A DNA stretch of 32,000 bases from Telmatocola sphagniphila (GTDB taxonomy: Bacteria > Planctomycetota > Planctomycetia > Gemmatales > Gemmataceae). Shown here one piece after another: positions 8,103 to 17,186 of the stretch; position 1 is the first letter of the stretch, and the number at the start of each line of letters is the position of its first letter. The DNA is taken from NCBI RefSeq assembly GCF_018398935.1, contig NZ_CP074694.1:1710001-1742000 (forward strand), given 5' to 3'. Below the pieces are notes generated by a model. The model was not told the origin of the DNA, ran no database searches, and was given only the letters and a program-made list of their open reading frames with translations. The position numbers were made by a program, and so were the translations under genes.

Positions 8103-11100
8103 TCACGCGGAAGTTTCCAGAGACATCACTTTGCGAACTTTGGCCATGAAAACCGGCGGGGTGAACGGCTTTTGTAAAAATTGAACTTCTTCCATCATCA
8201 CCCCCTGGTGGATGACTTCGTCGTCGGTGTAGCCCGACATGAAGATAACTCGCATATCCGATTCCTCGGTACGCAATTGTTCGACCAGTTGCACGCCGCT
8301 GATTCCCGGCATCATGACATCGGTAATCAATAGATCGATATGCCCGAATTCCTTCTTTCGATAAATTTCCAGGGCTTCGTTACCGTCGGCGGCGGGTATC
8401 ACGCGATATCCATTCATTTCCAGAACCCGGCGAGCTAACAGGCGGAGGCCATCCTCGTCTTCCACGAGCAGGACCGTATCCCTATGTTGCTCGGGATTGT
8501 CAGAAACTGCCGCCGGCGGTTGAATCGGCTGCACGATCGTAGAAGCTTTGGACGGGGGAGGCGTTTCGACGACCTGGGGGGCTAGGGGCTTCAAGCTCGA
8601 CTCTGGTGCTATTCGCGAGGAAGAGATTGGCAGGTCGACCCGGAAGGTCGTTCCCACGCCTGGCGTACTGCTTACGTCGATGATGCCGTTAGCCTGCTGC
8701 ACGACGCTATAGACAGTCGCCAGCCCCAGTCCGGTGCCCTTGCCCATGGCTTTGGTGGTAAAGAAGGGTTCGAAGATCTTGGCTTTGGTTTTTTCGTCCA
8801 TCCCGGTGCCGGTGTCTTCGAACTCCAGTCGAACCACGTGCGATTCCCGGATAGCCCGGGAGCGGATTTGGATTTTTCCTCCGGTGGGCATGGCGTCCCG
8901 GGCATTGACGATCAGATTGTAGACGATCTGTTCCATCATAGTGGGATCGATCAGGACCAGCGGCAACGAACTTTGCAGATCGTAAATCACCTGCACGTGC
9001 TCGCCGGCCATGCGCTTCAACATGTCGTGGAGATCGCGCAGAATATAGTTAAGGTCGACTTCCTTGGGCGCGGAAATCTGCTTGCGACCAAAGGCCAGAA
9101 GTTGACGGGTCAGCCCGGCGGCCTTTTCCCCGGCCTGTCGGATCTGGGAAACCAGATCGAAATGATCCCGCGGCAGCCGTTCTGCTAGAAGCATGTGACT
9201 GTTACCGTTGATGATGGTCAGCAAATTATTGAAATCGTGGGCCACACCTCCGGCCAGACGACCGACGGCTTCCATCTTCTGGACCTGCTTGATGTTTTCT
9301 TCGAGCTTTCGCCGCTCCTCTTCCCCTTCAACGCGAGGAGTCACATCGAGGACCAGGGACAGCACGGAGACGAGTTCGCCCTTCTCATCCACCAACGCCG
9401 AATTGTACCATTCGCAGTAAACGATATTCCCGGACTTGTTGTAGTTCCTATTGAAAGAGTAATTGCGATTCGCCTTATTCAGGAGCGCGGCAATCACTTT
9501 CTCCACCGCGGCCGAGTCCTCTTCGTGAATGAAATTCCATTCGCTCGGGTGCCGGAACAGCACTTCTTCCGCTCGCCATCCAAATATCACTTCTGCCTGG
9601 CGGGACCAGCGGGTGACCCGGAAACCACGATCCCATTCGATGATGCCCAGCGGTGAGTTTTCAATGTGGGAGCGAAGCACGCGGAAAGCGCGTTTGAGTT
9701 CCCACTCGGCCAATTTTCGCCGCGTGATGTCTCGACCGATCCCGACAATATGAATCGCAACGTTTTCGGAATCGACGACCGGACGCGAACTGATTTCCAG
9801 ACAGAGTTCTTTGAGGGACTGATTGAACAAGACGATTTCATACGTGACCGGCTCGTCCGATTCGATCATACTCTCGACGGTGTTTCGATCATCCGAAGCG
9901 ACGAAATCTGTCAGAGAGCGGCCCAGAAGCTCGCCGCGGGCGTAGCCCATCAGCCTTTCGCCGGCATTATTGATCGAAGTGATTCGACCGTTGATATCTA
10001 GCGTAAACATGAAGTCATTGGCGTTTTCGAAGAGTTCCCGATATTTTTCTTCGAGTTGCTCCTCGCGGTGTTTCTGCTGGAGAATGATCGTTTGGGAATC
10101 ACGTAACCGGAGATTCGCGACCCAACCCCAAATCAGCAGCAAGCAGCAGATCAAGCCGATGATGCAACCGAGAATGACGGTGTGGAGGGTTCGCCAGCGC
10201 GGTGGAATGTGCAGCGTTACAATATCCTGCAACAAACGAAGGCGGATCACCTCCTGCGATTTTCCAGACCGTTCATCGAATTCCGGAGTGTAGATCCCGG
10301 TGAAATTGATGTACATATCGGGAACCAGACTCTCCCTCTGAGAGTCGGAGAGGGCGGCGTCGAGAATGCGCAGGAAATAGGTGCGTCCGTGCGAACTCAC
10401 CACCAGGACGTGATACCCGGGGTAGTGCAGACATTCCTGAACCACACCGGAACCGGTTACCAGCCGGTCGTTGAACTGCGAATCCTCCGGATTATCCAGA
10501 TTTTTGGGCGGCCAGGTACGCCGGATATCGGTATTCGTCTGAATAACCCGGGCTTCTTTGAGATAGGCCCGTTCAAACTCATTTTTTCCCGGGGAATAGA
10601 GTCCGGAAACTGTGATTCGGTTACCTAACTGCATATCGGGGAAATCGGGCAAATCGACGCGAATTCCGCCCTGCTCGTCTTCGATGTAAACGCTGTTCTG
10701 TTCCCCGAAGCCAATGATGTGGCCCGATACTTCGACGAAAATTTGTTCGTTCCGGGAATAATGAGCATTAGCGAGCGTTTTAAGGTCCCCGAGATTGGAG
10801 ATTTTTTCATCTTCGGATTTTTGGAGAATGGTGACGTCGTCCGTTCCGTCCGAAGCCCAAATGTGCTTTTCCGCATCGGAGGAATCACTGATGGGAAGTT
10901 GGGAAAACACCCCTTTCAGGCGAATAGTCGTGCCCAGATATTTTTGAGTGTCGACGTAATCGATCGATGAGGAATCCGAAGTGTGAAAAAGCAGAATCTC
11001 ATTAGCCCGAGCAATCCGCCAGACGATGGCGCCCGATTTTCGACGCGGAGTGATGGATCGCACAACGCCTTGAAGCTCTACCCGCCGTCCTTCGTAACTG

Positions 11101-12383
11101 GAATTCAGCCATTCCGAACTCGTTAGCGTCATGCAGGGTAATTGAAGATCTTTCGCCAGGAGTTCGGGCTTTATCGCTCGAACGAATGGCACCCCCAGTT
11201 TCTGCTCGGTATGTCCACGAACCTGTACCTCAACTCCCACCTTCGGAAGATTGCTCTTCAGGCAGGAGACGAAACAGCCCCCCGTAGAATCTTCCATGAA
11301 AAAACCTGAAAGCGAGGGAATCACTGCGGTGACTCGTCCGAAGAATCGCACGGAAGTTTGATCCGTCAGTTCTTTGGGGGAAAACTTTTTGAGCTCCCCG
11401 GCCTCCAGGAGTATCCGCTTATCTCGTTTTCCATTGTCTTGTTCGAAGGCTCGGTAGGCAATCGGCGTAAAACTGCGCTGCCCCTTTTCCAGGGAACCTA
11501 CCCCTAAAACTTCCAGATAATCGTTCGGGGCTATCGTTGCATTGCTGATCGCTAATGCAAGTTCAGTGGAATTATCCGATATTTTCACCTCATGCATTTT
11601 CGGTTCGAGAACGATCCCCTCGATTTTCACTATCCGATTTCGGTATTTCGGAGTCACCGTCTCTTCGATCGGTACGCTGGGACCTTCGAAGAGATTCTCA
11701 TTCGATACGGTCCTGAGATTGTTCTCGGAGCCTATTTTGATGCAAGGGGTGTCGCGATGAGTGGGCCCTATCCAGGGTACGGCACAACCAGTCACCGTTA
11801 CGTATTTGTAAAGAAAGCGATTTTCCCACGGTTGTATCGAATTAGTATTTTCCACATCCAGATGCAGGAGGATCGGCTTGGAGGCATGGAGTTCGATTTC
11901 CAGCACATCGCGCCTGGGGAGAAATCGTACGGCCGTCACGAAACCCATCGTTTTCGCCCAGACCTCAGAGACTTTTGCGGAACTAATGTCCTGAATTTCA
12001 ACCTGCTCTGGCGACGGAAGGGTGGTCGTACCAATCACTTTCGGCAAACTCACCTCGTGCACTTTCCAGCCAGGTTTCGTTTCTGAAGGCAACTGCAGCA
12101 GAATGCGATCGCCGGGGTTCGCCGGGAAGTCCGTTTTGGGAATGTGAAAGGCAATGACCTTTTTCGTCACGGAATCTAGCGCGAAATGGATGCGAGGATT
12201 CCGCTGGCGGAAGAGATAGATAGCCTCGATTCGTTTAAAGCTGGCGGTATCTATAGGGACCTGTTTGGCGGCAGGCAGAGTCGTTGTACCCTGAGCCCTG
12301 ACAAGCGGTTCAGATGCTGAGCCTAACCCCCAACTGATACACCAGGCAGCAATAACGAAGCATGCCAGCCTCGTAGGACTCAT
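8103..12383 (-). CDS. Hybrid sensor histidine kinase / response regulator with a large extracytoplasmic N-terminal region
   Basis: 1426 aa. Layout by hand: signal/TM aa 1-23, extracytoplasmic aa 24-732, TM aa 733-756, and two PAS-like regions (aa ~783-890 and ~905-1015). HisKA has the H-box [13 protein letters not shown] (H1049). HATPase_c has NARDAMP and [10 protein letters not shown] Pro-rich linker follows, then a receiver domain (LLVEDEDG...[12 protein letters not shown]1355). Confidence 0.9.
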   Translation of the reverse strand: MSPTRLACFVIAAWCISWGLGSASEPLVRAQGTTTLPAAKQVPIDTASFKRIEAIYLFRQRNPRIHFALDSVTKKVIAFHIPKTDFPANPGDRILLQLPSETKPGWKVHEVSLPKVIGTTTLPSPEQVEIQDISSAKVSEVWAKTMGFVTAVRFLPRRDVLEIELHASKPILLHLDVENTNSIQPWENRFLYKYVTVTGCAVPWIGPTHRDTPCIKIGSENNLRTVSNENLFEGPSVPIEETVTPKYRNRIVKIEGIVLEPKMHEVKISDNSTELALAISNATIAPNDYLEVLGVGSLEKGQRSFTPIAYRAFEQDNGKRDKRILLEAGELKKFSPKELTDQTSVRFFGRVTAVIPSLSGFFMEDSTGGCFVSCLKSNLPKVGVEVQVRGHTEQKLGVPFVRAIKPELLAKDLQLPCMTLTSSEWLNSSYEGRRVELQGVVRSITPRRKSGAIVWRIARANEILLFHTSDSSSIDYVDTQKYLGTTIRLKGVFSQLPISDSSDAEKHIWASDGTDDVTILQKSEDEKISNLGDLKTLANAHYSRNEQIFVEVSGHIIGFGEQNSVYIEDEQGGIRVDLPDFPDMQLGNRITVSGLYSPGKNEFERAYLKEARVIQTNTDIRRTWPPKNLDNPEDSQFNDRLVTGSGVVQECLHYPGYHVLVVSSHGRTYFLRILDAALSDSQRESLVPDMYINFTGIYTPEFDERSGKSQEVIRLRLLQDIVTLHIPPRWRTLHTVILGCIIGLICCLLLIWGWVANLRLRDSQTIILQQKHREEQLEEKYRELFENANDFMFTLDINGRITSINNAGERLMGYARGELLGRSLTDFVASDDRNTVESMIESDEPVTYEIVLFNQSLKELCLEISSRPVVDSENVAIHIVGIGRDITRRKLAEWELKRAFRVLRSHIENSPLGIIEWDRGFRVTRWSRQAEVIFGWRAEEVLFRHPSEWNFIHEEDSAAVEKVIAALLNKANRNYSFNRNYNKSGNIVYCEWYNSALVDEKGELVSVLSLVLDVTPRVEGEEERRKLEENIKQVQKMEAVGRLAGGVAHDFNNLLTIINGNSHMLLAERLPRDHFDLVSQIRQAGEKAAGLTRQLLAFGRKQISAPKEVDLNYILRDLHDMLKRMAGEHVQVIYDLQSSLPLVLIDPTMMEQIVYNLIVNARDAMPTGGKIQIRSRAIRESHVVRLEFEDTGTGMDEKTKAKIFEPFFTTKAMGKGTGLGLATVYSVVQQANGIIDVSSTPGVGTTFRVDLPISSSRIAPESSLKPLAPQVVETPPPSKASTIVQPIQPPAAVSDNPEQHRDTVLLVEDEDGLRLLARRVLEMNGYRVIPAADGNEALEIYRKKEFGHIDLLITDVMMPGISGVQLVEQLRTEESDMRVIFMSGYTDDEVIHQGVMMEEVQFLQKPFTPPVFMAKVRKVMSLETSA

Positions 12384-12498
12384 TGGGACTTCCCTTTAGA
12401 CGGAAGAGTTCGGGACGCTTGAATATAGGATGAGAATTATGAAAAAACAAAATTTGACAGTTCGAACGGAAAAAAGGTCAGCTGGGCGTCAAAAAAAA

Positions 12499-12759
12499 TT
12501 ATCGGGGCGAAGGTTTTTTCCACTGGGGATCGTATTCCTGGGAAAAAATCTCCTGGATCCGAGCCGCCCGGTCAACACCGGATTTTTCGAGAAGAACTTC
12601 CAGGGCTTTTTCGATTTTTTTCACTCGAGAGTCTGTAACCGCCGCCGAGGTGCTTTCCCCGCGATGGATACGGTCCAGAAATGCCGCCAGGTCCAGCAAT
12701 TTGGAGCGTGCTTCAAGAAAATACTGTTCCACAGTTAGCGGAGCGGCTAGTGCTTTCAA
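12499..12759 (-). CDS. Candidate small protein (about 86 aa), helical-looking, unknown function
   Basis: This is the 3' part of ORF 12499..12999 that lies outside larE. A TTG at 12759 overlaps the larE TGA (TTGA) and is preceded by GGGGGAAAAC. A GTG at 12732 is an alternative start. The sequence LKALAAPLTVEQYFLEARSKLLDLAAFLDRIHRGE...KKIEKALEVLLEK looks protein-like, whereas the opposite-strand ORF 12430..12738 looks like noise. Confidence 0.4.
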   Translation of the reverse strand: MKALAAPLTVEQYFLEARSKLLDLAAFLDRIHRGESTSAAVTDSRVKKIEKALEVLLEKSGVDRAARIQEIFSQEYDPQWKKPSPR

Positions 12760-13628
12760 GTTTTCCCCCCGGTTTGCAGATTGGTGACCGTTGAATAATC
12801 GTTTCGAATTTTGAGATCGACGAGCTGGTTGAGGTTCCCGGAACGGAAGCCTTCCAGATCGAGGGTAATATAGCGAAACCCCAGTTCGCGAAGCGCCCGG
12901 GCAAGATTCTCGCGCACTTTTTGTTCCATCAGTTTCGCAATCGCCTCCAGAGGCACTTCGATGCGAGCTAATTCCCCCTCGTGCAGCCGAACTCGGCATT
13001 CCCTCAGCCCCAGTTCTCGGAGGATTTTTTCGGCTGCCTCGATCATCGAAGTTCGCTGCGTGGTCACGACCACACCCGGAGCGAGTCGACTGCTCAAACA
13101 GGGAGACGCGGGCTTATCCCAGATAGATAAGCCGACTTCTTTAGCCAGGTCCCGAACTTCCGCTTTGGAAAAACCGGCTTCCACCAGTGGATGCCGAACT
13201 TTCTTCTCCGCGGCCGCAATCAATCCGGGTCGATAATCGCCCAGGTCGTCGGAATTAGCCCCGCTACAGATGACCTCGGCCTGCCATTCCGAAAGCTGAG
13301 CCGCAATGGCCGCGTACAGTTCGCTTTTGCAAAAGTAGCAGCGGGCTCCGTCGTTTTTCAGATACGCCGAATTCTGAAATTCCTGGGTCGAAATAATCTC
13401 GTGGGCTATTCCGATTTGCCGGGCAATCTCGATCGCTTCGGCAATCTCGGCACGGGGGACACTCGGGCTGTCAGCCGTTACGGCCCGCGCCTTGTCTCCG
13501 AGTGCCGTTTGGGCTGCCCAGCAAACGAGTGCACTGTCCACTCCGCCGCTAAAGGCAACTGCCACGCTGCTCATTTGGGAAAGCACTTCCAAGAGTCGCA
13601 GTTTTTTCGTCGCCAATTTGGAATCCAT
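12756..13628 (-). CDS. larE: LarE-family PP-loop ATP-dependent sulfur transferase (TIGR00268-like)
   Basis: It has the PP-loop AFSGGVDSALV, then CYFC and PASPCLSSR, and a C-terminal DLEGFRSGNLN. I prefer the ATG at 13628 (MDSKLATKKL...) over the TTG at 13661 given by the ORF track. Confidence 0.8.
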   Translation of the reverse strand: MDSKLATKKLRLLEVLSQMSSVAVAFSGGVDSALVCWAAQTALGDKARAVTADSPSVPRAEIAEAIEIARQIGIAHEIISTQEFQNSAYLKNDGARCYFCKSELYAAIAAQLSEWQAEVICSGANSDDLGDYRPGLIAAAEKKVRHPLVEAGFSKAEVRDLAKEVGLSIWDKPASPCLSSRLAPGVVVTTQRTSMIEAAEKILRELGLRECRVRLHEGELARIEVPLEAIAKLMEQKVRENLARALRELGFRYITLDLEGFRSGNLNQLVDLKIRNDYSTVTNLQTGGKT

Positions 13629-13816
13629 AAATGAAATTGTACCCGACTGGAGAGTTTCCAACTAGGTCTCGATTCGAGGGGGATATTGTGAGAAAGGGAA
13701 TAGCGATTTTCTTAAGACGAAAATGCTGACAATTTTTCAATTTGGGCTGCCCTGCTCCTCGGAAGATTCTAAATCTTCAAGAAGGACTCTTCTCTAACTC
13801 GCCACTGAGGATCAAG

Positions 13817-16027
13817 ATGCGTTCGCTCGCTCTTTCGCTTCTCCTTCTTATTCCAAGTCTTTGTACGGCTCAGGGTACGGCCGCCGACTACATTCGAGCT
13901 CAATCGCTGGGCCGTGAAGTTCAGGGCAAAGTTTTTCGGGATACCGTAACACCCGCCTGGGGCCAAAATGGCATGTGGTACAAGGTCCGGGCCAGTAAGG
14001 ACCGATACGAATTTCACCTCGTCGATTACAAAACCGGGAAAAAGGAACCGCTCTTTGATCGGGAAAAACTCACGGCCGCATTAGCAGAAATCGGGGCGGC
14101 CAAGCTGAAGCTCGACGAGCTTTCTCCGGATCAATTTCACTTATCCGAGGATCGGATGAGTTTGAAATTTCCCTGGAATAACCAGACTCTGATTTACAAC
14201 CGGCTCGATCATAGTGTCTCGATTGCGAAGCCGGATAAAGCGACGGCCTTCCAGCTTGAGGACAGCCAGCCCGTCCACTTTCAGGCTCGCAAAGAAAATC
14301 CCTGGAAAGCCTATAAGGAAGGCACCAAGCTGATTCTGGAAGATCGGGAGAAAAAAGAGAAATTCGAGTTGGGGAGTGACGACAAGGAGACCTACTACTC
14401 CGGGCCCTACCTCTTCTCGCCCGACTTCACGAAATTGGTGTGCGTTCGCGTGAAGCTCGGTGAAAAGCATGATGTCACAGTGATCGAATCTTCGCCGCGC
14501 ACCCAACTCCAGCCCAAAGTCCGTATCCTGGAGAATTATCGTAAACCGGGCGATGCCATCACGATTCTGAAGCCGAGGTTGTTCGATCTCGCCACGAAAA
14601 AAGAAATTCCGATTTCGGATAAATTATTTGAAAACCCTTACGATTTTGAGGATCGGACCCTCTCGTGGAATTCCGACAGCAGCCAGTTTACCTTCGAATA
14701 CAACCAGCGCGGCCATCAAGTCTACCGGGTGCTGAGCGTCGATGCGAAGACGGGCGCTGTCCGAGCCATCGTGAACGAGGAAACCAAAACGTTCTTCGAA
14801 TATAGCGGGAAAAAATACATTCACTGGTACGACAACAAGCAAAAGCTGCTCTGGATGTCGGAGCGTTCAGGTTGGAACCACCTCTATCGAATCGACGCCA
14901 GTACCGGGTCAGTTCTGAATCCGGTCACTCAAGGGAACTGGGTCGTTCGCTCGATCGTGCGGACCGATGATGAAAAAGGCCAGATCTGGCTCAACGTCGG
15001 CGGAATCTATCCCGAGCAAGATCCCTACTATTTGCATCAGATTCGAGTGAATTACGACGGTACCGGCCTGGTGAAGTTGACCGAGGGGGATGGTTCGCAT
15101 TTCGTGACCTATTCGCCGGATCGGAAATATATTCTGGATCGCTATTCGAGAGTCGATATGGCCCCCAAGACGGAATTGCGGGATGCCGAAACCGGTAAGT
15201 TGATCAGCGTTCTGGAAACGGCCGACGATAGCGATCTGAAGCGGATGGGCTGGCGGTCTCCCGAACGCTTTGTCGCCAAAGGTCGAGACGGTCAGACCGA
15301 TATTTATGGCGTGGTCTATCGCCCGATGAACTTCGATCCCTCCAAAAAATATCCAGTCATCGAGAATATTTACGCGGGGCCGCAAGGAGCGTTCGTCCCC
15401 AAAATTTTCCGGGCATACGATCGCAAGGCCGAATATGCGGAGTTGGGTTTTATTGTCGTTCAGATCGACGGCATGGGAACCAGCTTTCGTTCGAAGGCAT
15501 TTCACGATGTTTGCTGGAAAAATCTCGGCGATGCCGGTTTTCCTGATCGGATTCTCTGGCTGAAAGCTCTCGCCGAAAAATATCCGCAAGTCGATCTCAC
15601 CCGCGTCGGGATCTTCGGAGGCTCCGCGGGAGGACAGAATGCCCTCGGGGCACTCTTGCGACATCCCGATTTCTACAAAGTCGCCGTCGCGGATTGCGGC
15701 TGCCACGACAATCGGATGGATAAGATCTGGTGGAACGAACTCTGGATGGGCTGGCCAGTCGGCAAGGAATACGAAGAAGCTTCCAACGTTGTGAATGCAC
15801 ACAAATTACAGGGGAAATTGCTGCTGACCGTGGGGGAGATCGATAGCAATGTGGACCCGGCTTCCACGATGCAAGTCGTCAATGCTTTGATCAAAGCCAA
15901 TAAGGATTTCGACATGATCGTCGTCCCCGGTGGCAATCACGGCGTGGGAGAAACGCCGTATATGAATCGCCGCCGCATGGATTTCTTCGTTCGTCATCTG
16001 CTCGGGGTGGAACCCAGAGCAAACTAG
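13817..16027 (+). CDS. S9-family serine peptidase, dipeptidyl-peptidase IV-like (DPPIV N-terminal propeller plus prolyl oligopeptidase catalytic domain), secreted
   Basis: The ATG at 13817 follows GAGGATCAAG and opens onto the signal peptide MRSLALSLLLLIPSLCTAQG. The nucleophile motif is GIFGGSAGG, with GEIDSNVDP (Asp) and GGNHGV (His) downstream. The TTG at 13742 in the ORF track was rejected as the start. Confidence 0.9.
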   Translation: MRSLALSLLLLIPSLCTAQGTAADYIRAQSLGREVQGKVFRDTVTPAWGQNGMWYKVRASKDRYEFHLVDYKTGKKEPLFDREKLTAALAEIGAAKLKLDELSPDQFHLSEDRMSLKFPWNNQTLIYNRLDHSVSIAKPDKATAFQLEDSQPVHFQARKENPWKAYKEGTKLILEDREKKEKFELGSDDKETYYSGPYLFSPDFTKLVCVRVKLGEKHDVTVIESSPRTQLQPKVRILENYRKPGDAITILKPRLFDLATKKEIPISDKLFENPYDFEDRTLSWNSDSSQFTFEYNQRGHQVYRVLSVDAKTGAVRAIVNEETKTFFEYSGKKYIHWYDNKQKLLWMSERSGWNHLYRIDASTGSVLNPVTQGNWVVRSIVRTDDEKGQIWLNVGGIYPEQDPYYLHQIRVNYDGTGLVKLTEGDGSHFVTYSPDRKYILDRYSRVDMAPKTELRDAETGKLISVLETADDSDLKRMGWRSPERFVAKGRDGQTDIYGVVYRPMNFDPSKKYPVIENIYAGPQGAFVPKIFRAYDRKAEYAELGFIVVQIDGMGTSFRSKAFHDVCWKNLGDAGFPDRILWLKALAEKYPQVDLTRVGIFGGSAGGQNALGALLRHPDFYKVAVADCGCHDNRMDKIWWNELWMGWPVGKEYEEASNVVNAHKLQGKLLLTVGEIDSNVDPASTMQVVNALIKANKDFDMIVVPGGNHGVGETPYMNRRRMDFFVRHLLGVEPRAN

Positions 16028-16888
16028 CTATTCCTCGATGCGCTCGGCATAGAAGCCGGCATTGCGTTCCTGCAAAGTCGTGGTGCCGGCAATAATCTTC
16101 CCGTTGCCGGTGAACAGATGACCGCTAAAAGCCTGCTTCGTCGCGGGATATTTGATCTCGAAAGTGATCGAGTGTTGCGGTTGCCCCACTTTTCCCTTCA
16201 CTTCGTACTCGCGACCATCTTTGTCAGAGGTGTACGTTCCGGAAACTTCTCCATCGTCCGTGGCAAGGAGCTTCAGCACCCCGGTGCGCCGACCATCGTC
16301 GTAAAGCTTGTAGGTGCCGTTGAAATACTTAATCTGAAATTCTTCGCCAATCGCCAGTTTTGGTTTTTTCTTCGGCACCACGCCCGGAATCGCCTTGGTG
16401 AGAACGTATAACTTGGCTTTGCCCACTGGTTTCAGAATCAGTTTGCCCTCCGTCTCCTGAGCGATGAGATCTCCCCCGAGTTTTTCCGGCACGATTTGTC
16501 CCTGGTCGAGGTGAATTCGCGAGCCGTTATACAGGTGCGTATTCTGGCCGGAAGCCTTGATCGCCCGCTCCGAACCTTCCCGAAAGGTGAGATATTTTTC
16601 CACCAGGAATAAAGGCACCTGTTCCTCGCCGACTCGCAAACGGGCCGGTTGAACCAGCAGCTTCGTCAATCGGCGATCGTTGGTTTCCACCACCAGAAAA
16701 GCCGATTGCGTGTCGGCCAGGACGTTCAAATGTTTTTCCATTTCCTCGACGCTCAGCGAGGCCACTTCCTTGAGCACTTTATCTTCCAGTGCCTTGGTCA
16801 GAACTGGCTGATAGTAGTACTCGAACTGGTCGGCGCGAACGGCCGCCGTCGCTGCCAGACATAGCACCAATGCCATAAGCTTTCGCAT
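16028..16888 (-). CDS. Hypothetical secreted protein (286 aa)
   Basis: The ATG at 16888 is preceded by GGAGCGAACT, and the signal peptide is MRKLMALVLCLAATAAVRA. The C-terminal half (YFNGTYKLYDDGRRTGVLKLL..GEVSGTYTS..ITFEIKY..FSGHLF) looks like a small beta-barrel. No family was recognised. Confidence 0.65.
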   Translation of the reverse strand: MRKLMALVLCLAATAAVRADQFEYYYQPVLTKALEDKVLKEVASLSVEEMEKHLNVLADTQSAFLVVETNDRRLTKLLVQPARLRVGEEQVPLFLVEKYLTFREGSERAIKASGQNTHLYNGSRIHLDQGQIVPEKLGGDLIAQETEGKLILKPVGKAKLYVLTKAIPGVVPKKKPKLAIGEEFQIKYFNGTYKLYDDGRRTGVLKLLATDDGEVSGTYTSDKDGREYEVKGKVGQPQHSITFEIKYPATKQAFSGHLFTGNGKIIAGTTTLQERNAGFYAERIEE

Positions 16889-17083
16889 AGTTCGCTCCTG
16901 GGTGGAAATAACCGCCGGGCCGTTAACTCTTGAGAAATCCAACCCCCTTTTCGGGGCAGCGGTATCTGTTTTTTCGGGCTTTCTACCCGATTTTAAATTC
17001 GATACTCCGACGTTTTCGCCCGATTGACAGGGGAAATTACCCCTTGTCGAAGAGGATATCCTCAGTCATACTGATATCTAGTG

Positions 17084-17089
17084 TATAAT
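17084..17089 (+). promoter_or_regulatory. Consensus -10 hexamer TATAAT upstream of the M42 peptidase gene
   Basis: There is an exact TATAAT at 17084-17089. The -35 position (17061-17066, CTCAGT) is poor. Two GATATC-containing palindromes overlap the -35/spacer region. Applying the sigma-70 model to this phylum is an assumption. Confidence 0.3.
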
Positions 17090-17095
17090 ACGTGA

Positions 17096-17154
17096 AGCCG
17101 CGGCGCGGCGGTTATACCGGCATCCCACACCGGTGCAACCGCTACGCCGCGGCT
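17096..17154 (+). promoter_or_regulatory. 59-nt GC-rich imperfect hairpin in the leader of the M42 peptidase gene
   Basis: Hand pairing gives three helices around a 9-nt loop, CAUCCCACA. They are 17096-17105/17145-17154 (10 bp, perfect), 17108-17113/17137-17142 (6 bp) and 17116-17120/17130-17134 (5 bp). The helices are separated by 2-nt internal mismatches. The hairpin ends 33 nt before the ATG at 17187. Confidence 0.5.
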
Positions 17155-17186
17155 AATGCTTTCGATGATTGTGCGAACGAAAAGAC

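Noticed and set aside
12760-12999. The 5' 80 codons of ORF 12499..12999.
   Set aside because: They overlap the well-supported C-terminus of larE in another frame, and the translation is rich in R, S, G and P. Only the part downstream of the larE stop was kept as a candidate.
13742-13816. The N-terminal extension of the S9 peptidase (TTG start in the ORF track).
   Set aside because: The ATG at 13817 has a GAGGA 7 nt upstream and opens directly onto a canonical signal peptide. The extension would bury that signal peptide.
14909-15802. Long antisense ORFs opposite real genes: 884..1456, 7243..8031, 14909..15802, 21915..22658, 26446..27117 and 30722..31414.
   Set aside because: Each lies opposite a gene with strong family motifs. 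I checked 14909..15802, and it sits in the codon-aligned antisense frame of the S9 peptidase gene, so it has the same explanation as the fba case. The translations look non-protein-like.
17096-17154. The hairpin interpreted as a tRNA, SRP/4.5S RNA or intrinsic terminator.
   Set aside because: It forms a single continuous hairpin rather than a cloverleaf. Its loop, CAUCCCACA, lacks the SRP GNRA/GGAA apical features. Neither strand has a U-tract after the stem.
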